A DNA stretch of 64,000 bases from an uncultured Fibrobacteria bacterium (GTDB taxonomy: Bacteria > Fibrobacterota > Fibrobacteria > UBA11236): NCBI GenBank assembly GCA_963716395.1, contig OY970309.1, forward strand, positions 2,592,001 to 2,656,000. Reading direction: 5' to 3'. Below, piece after piece: positions 10,373-20,459 of this stretch (the stretch's first letter is position 1; every line of letters starts with the position of its first letter). The notes below the pieces were generated by a model, which ran no database searches, was not told the DNA's origin, and saw only the letters and a program-made list of their open reading frames with translations. The position numbers were made by a program, and so were the translations under genes.

Positions 10373-11788
10373 TCAGGCTCGCGCGCCCGCCTTTCCGGGA
10401 AAATTCATCGCGGCCAGGTCGGCGAAGAAATGGATTTGCGCGCGCACGGCTTTGTCGAAGTCGCCCAGGTGCAGCGATTCGTTCTCGGAATGGGCGTTGG
10501 TGTACGGGTCTTCGATGCCCACCAGCAGGGCGGGGATGTCGCCGAGTACGCGGGTGAAGTGATCGACGAAGGGAATGGTGCCGCCGCAGCCGATCGTGAC
10601 GGCGTCGCGACCGTAGCCGTGGGCCAGGCTGCGCCGGGCCACCGCGAACACCGGGTGATCGGGGCGGGTTTTCCATGGCTTGGCGCCGGGGTCGGAATGG
10701 ATATCGACGCGCAGGCCCCAGGGGCACACGCGGCGGATGTGTTCGGCGAGGAGGCGCGCGCACCGCTCCGGATCCATGTCGGGCACTAGGCGCAGCCCGA
10801 GGCGCGCCCAGGCCGAATCCATCAGCACGTTGCCGGCCGCGCCGCGCAGGCCGGCCTGAAAAGCGTTGACCACCAGCGACGGTTCGCGCCACAGCCGCAC
10901 CAGCAATTGCTCGTCATGCGCGAACATCTCCACGCCTTCCTGCAGGCCGGTCTGCTCGCGGAAAATGGCGTCGGTCATGCCCAGCGCGCGAAAGTCGGCG
11001 AGCTCTTCGGCGGTGGGCGGAACCACGCCATCGCCTACGCCGGGCACGGCCACCCGGCCCTCGGTGTCGGTGAGCGTGGCCAGGATGCGGCACAGGCCGG
11101 CGACGGGATCGGGAAGGGGGCCGCCCCACATGCCCGAGTGCAGCGGCGACCGCAGCGCCGACACCGTCACTTCGAGGGTGACTAGGCCGCGCAGGCTGGT
11201 GGTGAGGCTGGGCCGGCCGGTTTCGTAATTGGAGCAGTCGGTGAGTACCAGCACGTCGGAATGCAGCCGCCCCTGGTAACGTTCGAGATACTGGGCCAGA
11301 TGCGGGCTGCCGATCTCTTCTTCGCCCTCGATCAGCACCTTAACGTTGACCGGCAATTTTCCCGCCCCTTGCAGCCAGGCATCGATGGAGGCCGCATGCA
11401 CGGCGATGCCGGCCTTGTCGTCGGCGATGCCGCGCGCATAGAGGCGGCCGTCGCGCTTATGGGGTTCGAAGGGCGGCGACTGCCATAGCTCGGTGCGCAG
11501 CGGAGGTTGCACGTCGTGGTGCGCGTACAGCAGCACCGTGGGCGCGTCGCCGGCCTCAATCCATTCGCCGTACACGCAGGGGTAGGCGTCGGGAAGCTCC
11601 AAAATTTCCACGCGGCGCATTCCCACCGCGCGCAGCCACAGCGCCGTGGCCTCGGCCGAGCGCCGCACCTCGGCGGCGGGATAGCCGGGAAAGCTCACGC
11701 TGGGAATCGTCGCCAACTCCGCCAAGGTCAACAGGTGGGCGGCGTGGTGGGCTTCGTAGTGTTCCAGGGCGCGGCCGCGGGCATCCAT
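10373..11788 (-). CDS. M20 family dipeptidase (ArgE/DapE-like)
   Basis: YAHHDVQP, RGIADDK, EGEEEIGS, HSGMWGG, GGTIP, AHSENE. TGATG overlap with the upstream gene. Confidence 0.9.
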   Translation of the reverse strand: MDARGRALEHYEAHHAAHLLTLAELATIPSVSFPGYPAAEVRRSAEATALWLRAVGMRRVEILELPDAYPCVYGEWIEAGDAPTVLLYAHHDVQPPLRTELWQSPPFEPHKRDGRLYARGIADDKAGIAVHAASIDAWLQGAGKLPVNVKVLIEGEEEIGSPHLAQYLERYQGRLHSDVLVLTDCSNYETGRPSLTTSLRGLVTLEVTVSALRSPLHSGMWGGPLPDPVAGLCRILATLTDTEGRVAVPGVGDGVVPPTAEELADFRALGMTDAIFREQTGLQEGVEMFAHDEQLLVRLWREPSLVVNAFQAGLRGAAGNVLMDSAWARLGLRLVPDMDPERCARLLAEHIRRVCPWGLRVDIHSDPGAKPWKTRPDHPVFAVARRSLAHGYGRDAVTIGCGGTIPFVDHFTRVLGDIPALLVGIEDPYTNAHSENESLHLGDFDKAVRAQIHFFADLAAMNFPGKAGARA

Positions 11789-13536
11789 CACAGCGCACTC
11801 CGCCATTCCGCGCGCACCTTTTCCACCAAGGGACGGATGGTCTCTTCGCCCATGTCAAAGCGCAAGCCGGCGGCGGTGAACAGATCGTGCAGGCCCAAGG
11901 TGCCTCCCAGGGACAGGGCCTGCTTGTATCGGCGCAAGGCTTCGGCCGGGTTTTCCAGCGAGGCGCTCCAGACTTGCAGCGCACCCAATTGGGCGATGCC
12001 GTATTCGATGTAGTAGAAGGGTACTTCGAACAAGTGCAATTGCCGGTGCCAGGCATGGGAATGGTATTCCTCCAGACCGCTCCAATCCACGTCGGCCCCG
12101 AAACGCGCCTCCAGTTCAAGCCACTTTTGGCTGCGCTGCTGCGGCGTATGCGGCGTGGTATAAATCCAATGCTGAAAGGCGTCGATGGTGGCCACCCACG
12201 GCAGCAGGCGGAACACCTCTTCATCTTCGCTGCGTATGGCGCGCTTTTTCTCCTCGGGCCCGTAGAACTCGTCGAGATAGCGGGCGCCGAGACGTTCCAT
12301 CGACATCGAGGCCACCTCGCTGAACTCCATGGGCGCGTGGCGGTTGAACGGCAGCGCCTGATTGCGCGCCAGCAGATAGTGAAAAGCATGCCCGCTTTCA
12401 TGCAGCAAGGTGAATACGTCTTCATTCAGGCCCACGGCGTTCATGAAGATAAAGGGCAGGCGCGCTTCGTTCAGGCTGCTCTGGTAGCCGCCCGGGGCCT
12501 TGCCCACGCGGTTCTCCAAATCCATGAGTTGATTGTCTTGGAGCACGGCGAAGCGTTCGGCCAAGTCGGGATCGAGGCGGGCGAAGATTTTTTCCACGCC
12601 CTGCACCAGGCGCGCGGCGGCGCGAAAAGGCCGCAGCGGCGGGCGTCCCAGCGGATCGCAACTCAAATCCCAGGGCCTAAGGCGGCTCAAGCCCAGGGCC
12701 TGGCGGCGCGCTTCCAGGCTTTCACGGAAAACCGGCACCACGGTTTTTTCCACCGCGGCGTGAAAGCGAAAACAATCGGCCGGCGTATAATCGGTGCGCA
12801 GATTACCCTTGAAGGCGTAGGCCACGAAATCGGGCAGCTTGAGATTGGCGGCCAGCTTCCGGCGCAACCCCAGCATCTGATCGAAGAGCGCGTCGAGGCG
12901 GTCGCGATCCTGCAACCGGCGCTCCGCCATTTTGCGCCAGGCCCGTTCGCGCACGCCGCGATCGGGTTCTTGCAGCAGGGGCGCCATCTGGCTCAGGGTG
13001 CGGGTTTCGCCTTCCCACTCCACCGTCATTTCGCCCTGGATTTTCTGGTAGCTCTGCGACAGTTTGGAAAGCTCGGTGTGCAGGGGAATGTTCTCTTCGC
13101 AGAACAAATCGATGCCGGTGCGCACGGCATTAACCCACTTGGCATAGTCGGGCGGCAGCTTGGCCGTGGCGGGATGGCCGATGAGCTTGCGGTTCAGGGC
13201 GTCGTCCAGCGGCGCCAGCTTGGGCTCGACCTGTTCCACGAAGCGGAGATAGGCCGCCTCTTTGTCCGCGTCCTGGGTGTAGCAGGTCATGTCGATGTAC
13301 AGGCGCGTCGACTCTTCCTGCACGGCGTCGGAAAGCTCGCCCCAGTCGCGAATCCATTGCCGCAAGGCTTCGGCGTCGGGCAGGGGGCGATCGCGCAATT
13401 CCTCCCAATGGGGGCGCTGTGCCTCCCAGTCGGCCAGCGACGCGTCGGAGGGCAAGTAACGGCGGGGATACTGTGCGGCCAGTTCGCGGGCTCTTTGTTT
13501 CCAGGCATTCGGGGCGGGGGAGGCGGGAGGGGGCAT
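11788..13536 (-). CDS. pepF: M3B oligoendopeptidase F
   Basis: KAPGGY, HESGH zinc motif, EVASMSME, HLFEVPFYYIEY. Confidence 0.88.
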   Translation of the reverse strand: MPPPASPAPNAWKQRARELAAQYPRRYLPSDASLADWEAQRPHWEELRDRPLPDAEALRQWIRDWGELSDAVQEESTRLYIDMTCYTQDADKEAAYLRFVEQVEPKLAPLDDALNRKLIGHPATAKLPPDYAKWVNAVRTGIDLFCEENIPLHTELSKLSQSYQKIQGEMTVEWEGETRTLSQMAPLLQEPDRGVRERAWRKMAERRLQDRDRLDALFDQMLGLRRKLAANLKLPDFVAYAFKGNLRTDYTPADCFRFHAAVEKTVVPVFRESLEARRQALGLSRLRPWDLSCDPLGRPPLRPFRAAARLVQGVEKIFARLDPDLAERFAVLQDNQLMDLENRVGKAPGGYQSSLNEARLPFIFMNAVGLNEDVFTLLHESGHAFHYLLARNQALPFNRHAPMEFSEVASMSMERLGARYLDEFYGPEEKKRAIRSEDEEVFRLLPWVATIDAFQHWIYTTPHTPQQRSQKWLELEARFGADVDWSGLEEYHSHAWHRQLHLFEVPFYYIEYGIAQLGALQVWSASLENPAEALRRYKQALSLGGTLGLHDLFTAAGLRFDMGEETIRPLVEKVRAEWRSAL

Positions 13537-13639
13537 GGTCGTGTCACCGGGTGAAGGGGTGCTACAATTTAGGAAACCGCCGCTTTGGCCTGCGCCACGC
13601 CGGACTTTTGCGCGCGAGGTGCTATCTTCTTCGCCCCGC

Positions 13640-15217
13640 ATGACATTCGAGCAGGAAATCCTCCGGCGGCGCACCTTCGCCATCGTCAGCCACCCTGACG
13701 CGGGCAAAACCACCATCACGGAGAAATTCCTGTGGTACGGCGGCGCCATCCGCGAGGCCGGCCACGTGCGCGCCAAGGCTGGCAAAAAATTCACCACCTC
13801 GGACTGGATGAAAATCGAGCAGCAGCGCGGCATCTCGGTTTCGGCCTCGGTGCTGTCCTTTCCCTACGGCGGCTGCCAAATCAACCTGGTCGACACGCCC
13901 GGCCATCAGGATTTCTGCGAAGACACCTTTCGCGCCCTCACGGCCGTGGACTCGGCCTTGGTGCTCATCGACGCGGCCAAGGGTGTCGAGCCGCAAACCA
14001 TCAAACTCATGGAGGTGTGCCGCCTGCGCAAAACCCCGGTGACGGTGTTCATGAACAAGCTCGATCGCGACAGCCTCGATCCTCTCGCGCTCATGGACGA
14101 AGTCGAACGCGTGCTCGGGGTGCGTTGCGCGCCGCGCACCATGCCCATCGGCAACGGCAAACGCTTTCAGGGCGTGTATTCCTTTCTCGACAACACCGTG
14201 CATTTGTTCCAGCCCGGCAGCGACGCGGGCGAAATCCGCCCCGTCGAAAACATGCGCGACCCGCGTCTGGATGAATGGTTCGACGCGCAATACTTGGCCG
14301 AGTTCCGCGAGCAGGCCGAGTTGGCGTCGGGAGCGCTCGAACCCTTCGACCGCGCCCGTTATTTGCAAGGCGAGCAGGCGCCGGTGTTTTTCGGATCGGC
14401 CATCAACAATTTCGGCGTCAAGCATTTGCTCGACAGCTTCGTGGCCGTGGCGCCGCCGCCGTTGCCGCGGCAGGCCCATGAGCGCACGGTGCAGGCCGTG
14501 GAGCCGCATTTCACCGGCTTCGTATTCAAGATTCAGGCCAACACCGACCCCAAGCACCGCGATCGCATCGCCTACGTGCGCGTTTGCTCGGGAAAATTTG
14601 CGCGCGGCGACAAGGTGCTGCATTGCCGCACCGGCCGCCAGGTGCGGCTGGCGGCGCCCACCGCGCTCATGGCCAACGACCGCACCGTGGTCGAAGACGC
14701 CTTTGCCGGCGACATCATCGGCATCCACGATCCCGGGCTGTACGCCATCAGCGATACTTTTTCGGATTCCGAAAACCTGGCCTTCGCGGGCATTCCCGAT
14801 TTCGCCCCCGAGCATTTCTGCCGCGTGCATCTCGAAGACCCGCTCAAGAGCAAGCAATTGCAGCAGGGGCTGCGCCAGCTTTCCGAAGAAGGCGCGACCC
14901 AGCTTTTCTATCCGCTGGGCGGGCCCATTCCCGTGCTGGGCGTGGTGGGCGTGTTGCAATTCGATGTGCTCAAATTCCGGTTGCTGGAAGAATACGGCGC
15001 GCAATGCCGCTTCGAAGCCGCGCCCATTTTCCAGGCGCGCTGGGTGGCGGGCGACGCCGCCGAACTGGCCGCGTTCAAAGCGGAACACACTTTCGACTTG
15101 GCGCAGGACAAACGCGGCAACCTGGTGTATCTGTGTCCCAATGAATTCCGCCTGCAAACCGTGGAGAAGAATTTTCCCCAGCTCCGGCTGAACAAATTCC
15201 ACGTCGACGCGGAGTGA
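13640..15217 (+). CDS. prfC: Peptide chain release factor 3
   Basis: RRRTFAIVSHPDAGKTT, SDWMKIEQQRGIS, DTPGHQDF, NKLD, KIQAN..P.HRDRIA. Confidence 0.96.
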   Translation: MTFEQEILRRRTFAIVSHPDAGKTTITEKFLWYGGAIREAGHVRAKAGKKFTTSDWMKIEQQRGISVSASVLSFPYGGCQINLVDTPGHQDFCEDTFRALTAVDSALVLIDAAKGVEPQTIKLMEVCRLRKTPVTVFMNKLDRDSLDPLALMDEVERVLGVRCAPRTMPIGNGKRFQGVYSFLDNTVHLFQPGSDAGEIRPVENMRDPRLDEWFDAQYLAEFREQAELASGALEPFDRARYLQGEQAPVFFGSAINNFGVKHLLDSFVAVAPPPLPRQAHERTVQAVEPHFTGFVFKIQANTDPKHRDRIAYVRVCSGKFARGDKVLHCRTGRQVRLAAPTALMANDRTVVEDAFAGDIIGIHDPGLYAISDTFSDSENLAFAGIPDFAPEHFCRVHLEDPLKSKQLQQGLRQLSEEGATQLFYPLGGPIPVLGVVGVLQFDVLKFRLLEEYGAQCRFEAAPIFQARWVAGDAAELAAFKAEHTFDLAQDKRGNLVYLCPNEFRLQTVEKNFPQLRLNKFHVDAE

Positions 15218-15250
15218 CCCCCCCCCGGCGGTGTGCGAGCCGGAAGGCCG

Positions 15251-15303
15251 CCGCACCCTTCGTCGGTTCGAAGGGCTCACCGACCGAAGGGGCGCGGGTG
15301 AGC
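15251..15303 (+). repeat. REP-like palindromic element, copy 1
   Basis: CCGCACCCTTCGTCGGTTCGAAGGGCTCACCGACCGAAGGG forms a hairpin and aligns with the reverse complement of 41037-41084. Confidence 0.7.
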
Positions 15304-15445
15304 CCGGTTCCCGAGCCAGTCAAGAAATGTCGAGTCCGAGTCGGCGAAGAAATTCTCAGAGTCGGAGCACGGAGCAAGGCAATCGCTTGCGCGATCGATT
15401 CCTCCTGGCGCCGCATACGGACGCCACCTACTTTACATTAAAACG

Positions 15446-17929
15446 CTATTTCACAAAGGCCAAGAGTCGGGTGACTTGCGCCGTTCCAGCGGTGCAGCGC
15501 GCGAAAAAGACGCCGACGCCGAGCGAAAGAGGCGTTCCTTCGGGGCGCGATTGCGCCGGAGAATATTGGAGACGGTGGACCACATGGCCCTGCATATCGA
15601 CCAGGTCGATGACGATGTCCTTTCCCTGAAACTCTTCGGGGAGCCACAGGTTTTGCCCCAGCACATTTAACATGCGTTTACCCGAGGCGGCCAAGGCCGG
15701 GGGCTTGGGAAGCAAGACGGGCGTGAAACTCGAAAACAAAAATTTCTCCGCGGTTTCTTGAAAGCGTTCGACGCTGTCTTTTTTTGAAATCAAAACCAGA
15801 TAGGCTACGGAGTCGGATGACTTCGCAGGCGTGAACGAGATTTGCGTGGTGACATGCGACCCGAGGGGAATGCTCGGATGCAAAGAGCCCGAGTCGATCA
15901 CCGGCCCGGTGGGAGATGAATTGCGCAATTGCCAGGAGACGTCGACCGCCGTGCCGGAAAATTCATCGTTGTAAACGGTCAGGTTACGGGTCACCATTTG
16001 TCCGATGTTGAGAACCGTCGGCTTCACATAAGGCCAGTCGCCTTTCGCATCCGACATCTTGTTGCTTTCCCAGAAGCCGCTGTCGGCCACCAGCACCGGG
16101 TTATACGCGGCCTGAATGCGTTCGATGATCGGATTGCTCCACGGATTCGGCAAATTGTCCGTGCCGTAAATGGGATTGGGGCTGAGGGTGACGCCATTCC
16201 ACGATGTATAGTTCTTATAACCTTGCTCGAGTTCCATATCGGTGCGGCGCACACCAGGGACCAAGCTCGCCCAGGCCGAAAGCAAGGTATAGGGCCGGAT
16301 GTCCGAAGCGTTTTGCCGGCGCATGGCCTGGGCGGACGTGGCGAACCACATGAAACCCTGCAAGGTTTCATCCATCGGCCAGACGAACTCGCCTTGACCA
16401 AAAGGTTGATCGGTGCGGGTGCCGACGGCCTCGGTGTAATTACCCAAGCCGTTGCCATAATGGATGAAGGTGGAAAAGTTCGGGTATTTCAGGTTGTTGA
16501 AGGTGGTCCCGTCCACGCTGATGGGCCGCGTCGAGTCTGCGGACATGGCCGCATTGTAAAGATCGATTTCGAATTGGTCGGTGCCGCCCGGCTCGTTGGA
16601 TTGGCTCCAGCGCACCACCGCCGGATGATTCCGATCGCGATCGATCAAGGCGATCAGATGGTTGACCATGTTGTTGTGCCCGTTGGTGAAATCCTCGTTG
16701 CCTTCGCTGCCCCGGATGGCCGATTCCACCATCACCATGAGTCCTTTTTCGTCGCACACGTCCAACATATACGGCGCGACCGGCTCCTGGTGCAGGCGCA
16801 CGAAGTTGAAGTTGAGGCGCTGGTAATTGTCCACCACTTGGGGCCAGCCGTTGGCGCCGGACCCGAATCCGGGATAGGTATCATACGCGTCACCCCGGCC
16901 GCCGCCGTAATTGATGGCGTCGTAATTGACGCCCTGAAGGTTGTCGCCCCGGAAATTCACCCGGATGCCGTTCAGGAAGTAGTCGGTGAAGCCGCCGCTG
17001 CTTTTTTGATCCACTTCCCGAAACCCGAAGCGAACCGTTTTCGTGTTCACGGCCGCGGCGTTCTGCATCAAAGTGAGCGTCAAGTTGTGGAGCTGGGCCG
17101 TATACCCGGTTTGATACGGCACGTTCGGCCACCAGTACGAACTCGCGCCGAGCCCCCAGGCGATGGGTCCGAACGTGATTTTCATCGTGGCGTTCGGGTT
17201 GACGGTGAACGTTTGACTGGGAATGGACGGATAAGCGAAGTTGCTTTGGTTCCACGAAGAAAGGGCCGCCGACAGGCTCAGGTTCTGCGCGGTATTGCCC
17301 GCATTGGTGACCCACACGTCGAAGGCCAGCGATGCGTTGGTCACCGAAGTGCGGACGTAACAATCGCTGATATAAATCTGCGGGTAGACTTTGAGAAATG
17401 CGGATCGGAAGATGCCGTCGGGCAAATTCGGACTCCATCCCGCCGCAGTCGGAACGGTTGATTTTCCATTCACCGTAAACGCATTTCTGCCTTTCACGTC
17501 GACTTGGAGCGTATAACTTTGTCCGGGTGTGACGAATTTGGAAATGTCGAAGACCGAAGGCGTCCAGGCCGTGAGATTGGTGGCCACCAGTTGATTATTG
17601 ATGGAAAGCGCAGCCTGATAGTTGACGACTCCGAATTCGATTTTGGTGACCTGGGGCTGGCCGGAATTGGGAATCGCAATCGTACGGGAATAGACGGCTT
17701 CGCTGATGTTGGTAAAGCCCTGTTTGTACCAGCCGCCGCCGGGAACCGTAATCGTCGTCTGACTTTTACCCGCCGGGGTAAAGTTCCAGGTGCCCGAAAG
17801 ATCGACGCTGTCGAGCGGAGCGCCCTCGTCGGCCAGGCTTCCGACAACCAGAAAGCAAACGAGACACAACGCCGATTTTTCACGCAGCGTTCTTTCGATC
17901 TTTTCGGATTGCCGAGGCAATTTCATCAT
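15446..17929 (-). CDS. Secreted GH2-family glycoside hydrolase with T9SS-like tail
   Basis: DLSGTWNF sugar-binding domain, RFGFREV, LNG..VNFRG, RDRNHPAVVRWSQSNE (acid/base), DSTRP, GEF. Tail DMQGHVV...GVFFAR. Confidence 0.85.
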   Translation of the reverse strand: MMKLPRQSEKIERTLREKSALCLVCFLVVGSLADEGAPLDSVDLSGTWNFTPAGKSQTTITVPGGGWYKQGFTNISEAVYSRTIAIPNSGQPQVTKIEFGVVNYQAALSINNQLVATNLTAWTPSVFDISKFVTPGQSYTLQVDVKGRNAFTVNGKSTVPTAAGWSPNLPDGIFRSAFLKVYPQIYISDCYVRTSVTNASLAFDVWVTNAGNTAQNLSLSAALSSWNQSNFAYPSIPSQTFTVNPNATMKITFGPIAWGLGASSYWWPNVPYQTGYTAQLHNLTLTLMQNAAAVNTKTVRFGFREVDQKSSGGFTDYFLNGIRVNFRGDNLQGVNYDAINYGGGRGDAYDTYPGFGSGANGWPQVVDNYQRLNFNFVRLHQEPVAPYMLDVCDEKGLMVMVESAIRGSEGNEDFTNGHNNMVNHLIALIDRDRNHPAVVRWSQSNEPGGTDQFEIDLYNAAMSADSTRPISVDGTTFNNLKYPNFSTFIHYGNGLGNYTEAVGTRTDQPFGQGEFVWPMDETLQGFMWFATSAQAMRRQNASDIRPYTLLSAWASLVPGVRRTDMELEQGYKNYTSWNGVTLSPNPIYGTDNLPNPWSNPIIERIQAAYNPVLVADSGFWESNKMSDAKGDWPYVKPTVLNIGQMVTRNLTVYNDEFSGTAVDVSWQLRNSSPTGPVIDSGSLHPSIPLGSHVTTQISFTPAKSSDSVAYLVLISKKDSVERFQETAEKFLFSSFTPVLLPKPPALAASGKRMLNVLGQNLWLPEEFQGKDIVIDLVDMQGHVVHRLQYSPAQSRPEGTPLSLGVGVFFARCTAGTAQVTRLLAFVK

Positions 17930-18044
17930 GTTGTTTCCTCTCTAGAAAAAGTTTGGGCTTGGGCCTCGGAGCGTTTCGGGGGAATTGCGCCAGGAGCGAT
18001 CCGGTTTTTTGGTTTTCGAAACTGAGCTTGATGAATTCATCCGA

Positions 18045-18291
18045 CCGGGCGAAAAAGTTGAATCCAATTGGAATCGTTGGGGCCGGAAAAAACCAGGGCG
18101 GTTGCAGTGAAAATGAACATGCAGAAAACCCTTGGTTTCAAGGCAATTTCCTTCGGATGGGGGCCCGACCATTTCTTTTCGCGCACCGATTTTGACATCG
18201 GTGAGACGATCCCTCTGAAAAGGGATATAATCCTAACCCTATAATCCCGCAGACCAAGGGCAAATCTTTAGTTTCCGAATGGAAACGTCTC
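18045..18291 (-). repeat. Diverged copy of 21572-21813 (upstream region plus 5' stub of the DUF1080 gene)
   Basis: Direct alignment, including the SGPNDSNWIQLFRP coding stub and the GTTTCCRAATGGAAAC palindrome. Confidence 0.92.
18271..18286. promoter_or_regulatory. Palindromic motif GTTTCCGAATGGAAAC, copy A
   Basis: One mismatch to the 7-2-7 inverted repeat; upstream of the GH2 gene. Confidence 0.6.
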
Positions 18292-18601
18292 TACAGCTTT
18301 CGGTGATACGGCCGGGGACGGTCGCGGTAAAGATTCGTTTTCGGAGTAGTTGTGATTTTTTGACTTCGAGGCGGCGTTTTTCTCTTGAACAGGCGGATAC
18401 CATCTGGATTGGTTCGTCTCGTTCCGGATGAAACGGGAATCGTACCGAATGAAAATGGTTGTGGAGAGGAGCCCGAACTTACTGCCAACGGAAACTACGC
18501 GGGGCGTCCAAAATTTTCCGGCGCGAAACTTCGGCACATTCTTGTCGCTGCTGCCTGCGGTTCTCTTTCCGCGCCTGCTCGTCCGCCACCGGCCGGGATT
18601 T

Positions 18602-20386
18602 TCACGGCACGGCCACGCGTTGCGTGATGGATGTCTGTACGTTGCCGAGTCGAATCAGGTAGATGCCGGGTCCGTAAGACTGGGCGGATTGCCATTGCCC
18701 GTTGTTGTTGTTGAGATTCCCCGCGGTTTCCAACACGCGGCCATCAAGGCTTAGGACTTGGGCTTTTTCCACGCCGGTAAACCACGCAGCTTGCAAGCGG
18801 CCTCCGGGCAGGGCGGATACACGCGTATTCCAACGGTTGGCGTCGTTTTGCAGGTGGCGGTTCTCCAAAATGCCGACGGGTGTGCCGGGACCGAAATTAT
18901 TCAAAGTGTACCAGAAACGATCGCTCCACATCGTCCGGCCGGAAACCGAGGCGATACCGGAGAATTTGATATAAATCAAGTCGCCTTGCGTGAGTCCGTT
19001 GATGGTCAAGGTGGCCGTCATTCCGTCGGCGCTCAAGGTGGCGGATTGAACGGTCAGGTTTTGCGTGGCGCCGGTGCAGCAACCGTAGTACTCTCCACTT
19101 GGAGCCGGAATGATGTAGTTCCATTCTTGCGCGGTGAAATTGGAGGCGTTCACGGCCTTCGCCGGTTCGGTGAAATCGAGCGCGAAGGTGGTGGTGCCCG
19201 TGGAACGAACGTCGAGAACGTCGAAGACGGGCGTGTTGTTTTCCACCATGCGCTGTAATCCGTAATACTGGTTGTTCCAGTTCCAGCCGCCCCAAACGTT
19301 GCCGCCGACTCCGATGCCGCCGATGTAGATGGCCCCGTCCGGACCGACGATCATACGGTTTGCGCCCGCCTGCAGGCCGCCGGAAAAGCGGAAGACCGCG
19401 CCTTGGTAATCGCCGTTCACCTTTTCCAGGGAAATGCGGGCCAGGCATCCCAGATTGTTGTCACCCACCAACATCTGATGGGCGAAGAGTCCGCTGGTTA
19501 AATAAACCGGCTGCGTGTTGGAAATTCCCAGGGCGTCGATGCCATTGCCGTAGGGAAACCACACCACGGGAGGGGTGGCCGGCGTGTTACTGAAAGGACT
19601 GCGATTATTTTTCAACACGCTGAAAAAGCGACCCTGCTTGACTTGCACGAGCTTGTCGGCGGGAACGTAATCGCCCTGATTATCGGTGACGAAGATACCG
19701 TCTTCGGGGCCGAGGGTAATGCCATTGGGAGAGCGAATGCCGCAGGCGATGGTGTCGAAGCCGGCTTTCCCGAGGGTCAGCCCGAGGATGCAACTGCGTT
19801 CCGGCGACTGGACGTCGCCTAAAGGGTATTCGGTCGCCAAGCCCACGATGAAGCGATTGTCGGGGGCCGGGGTGTATACCAATCCCTCGGCGAAAGACAA
19901 ATCTTTGCCGCCGTTGGTGGAGGCGCCGGCGTTGCGATGCCAACCGCTGCCGACCTTCTTCATGGACAGGAGTACGGTATCATTGGTGGAGTCAAACACC
20001 ATTTGCACCAGAGAATCCTTGTTGACCACGTAGACCTGGCCGTTCATCGTCGTAGCACCGAGCGGTTCGTCCATGTTGGTGGACAGGGTTTTGTAGGTGA
20101 TCTTCGTCGAATCTCCGCTTTCCACGTTTTTTATGATGTAGGCGGCGCCGGGTCCTCCCGGCGAGGTATTGCCGAATCCTATCCAGGTTGTCACCAACAA
20201 ATCGCCGTTGGGCAAAAAATCCATACCGCTGACTTGAGGGTTGAATCCCGGAGGCCGCAAACTGGACATGGTGAAATGAGGGTAGACGGGGGGGGTTACC
20301 GGCTGGGCGGGGGCGCCGATCCAGAGGAGAGCCAAGACCGCCGCACCCGTAAAGCTTGGGTGTTTTCTCTGATAGTAGCCTCTCAT
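18602..20386 (-). CDS. Secreted beta-propeller protein (sugar-dehydrogenase-like) with T9SS-like tail
   Basis: Signal peptide; GMDFLPNGDL, GIRSPNG, VTDNQGDYVP, GPDGAIYIGG blade-like repeats. Tail SLDGRV...GIYLIR. Confidence 0.7.
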   Translation of the reverse strand: MRGYYQRKHPSFTGAAVLALLWIGAPAQPVTPPVYPHFTMSSLRPPGFNPQVSGMDFLPNGDLLVTTWIGFGNTSPGGPGAAYIIKNVESGDSTKITYKTLSTNMDEPLGATTMNGQVYVVNKDSLVQMVFDSTNDTVLLSMKKVGSGWHRNAGASTNGGKDLSFAEGLVYTPAPDNRFIVGLATEYPLGDVQSPERSCILGLTLGKAGFDTIACGIRSPNGITLGPEDGIFVTDNQGDYVPADKLVQVKQGRFFSVLKNNRSPFSNTPATPPVVWFPYGNGIDALGISNTQPVYLTSGLFAHQMLVGDNNLGCLARISLEKVNGDYQGAVFRFSGGLQAGANRMIVGPDGAIYIGGIGVGGNVWGGWNWNNQYYGLQRMVENNTPVFDVLDVRSTGTTTFALDFTEPAKAVNASNFTAQEWNYIIPAPSGEYYGCCTGATQNLTVQSATLSADGMTATLTINGLTQGDLIYIKFSGIASVSGRTMWSDRFWYTLNNFGPGTPVGILENRHLQNDANRWNTRVSALPGGRLQAAWFTGVEKAQVLSLDGRVLETAGNLNNNNGQWQSAQSYGPGIYLIRLGNVQTSITQRVAVP

Positions 20387-20459
20387 TTTAAGTCCTCCCG
20401 GCCTTATGAAATATTTTCCAAAGCACCCATTTCAAGGGCGAGTGAATGTATCCCCGTCC

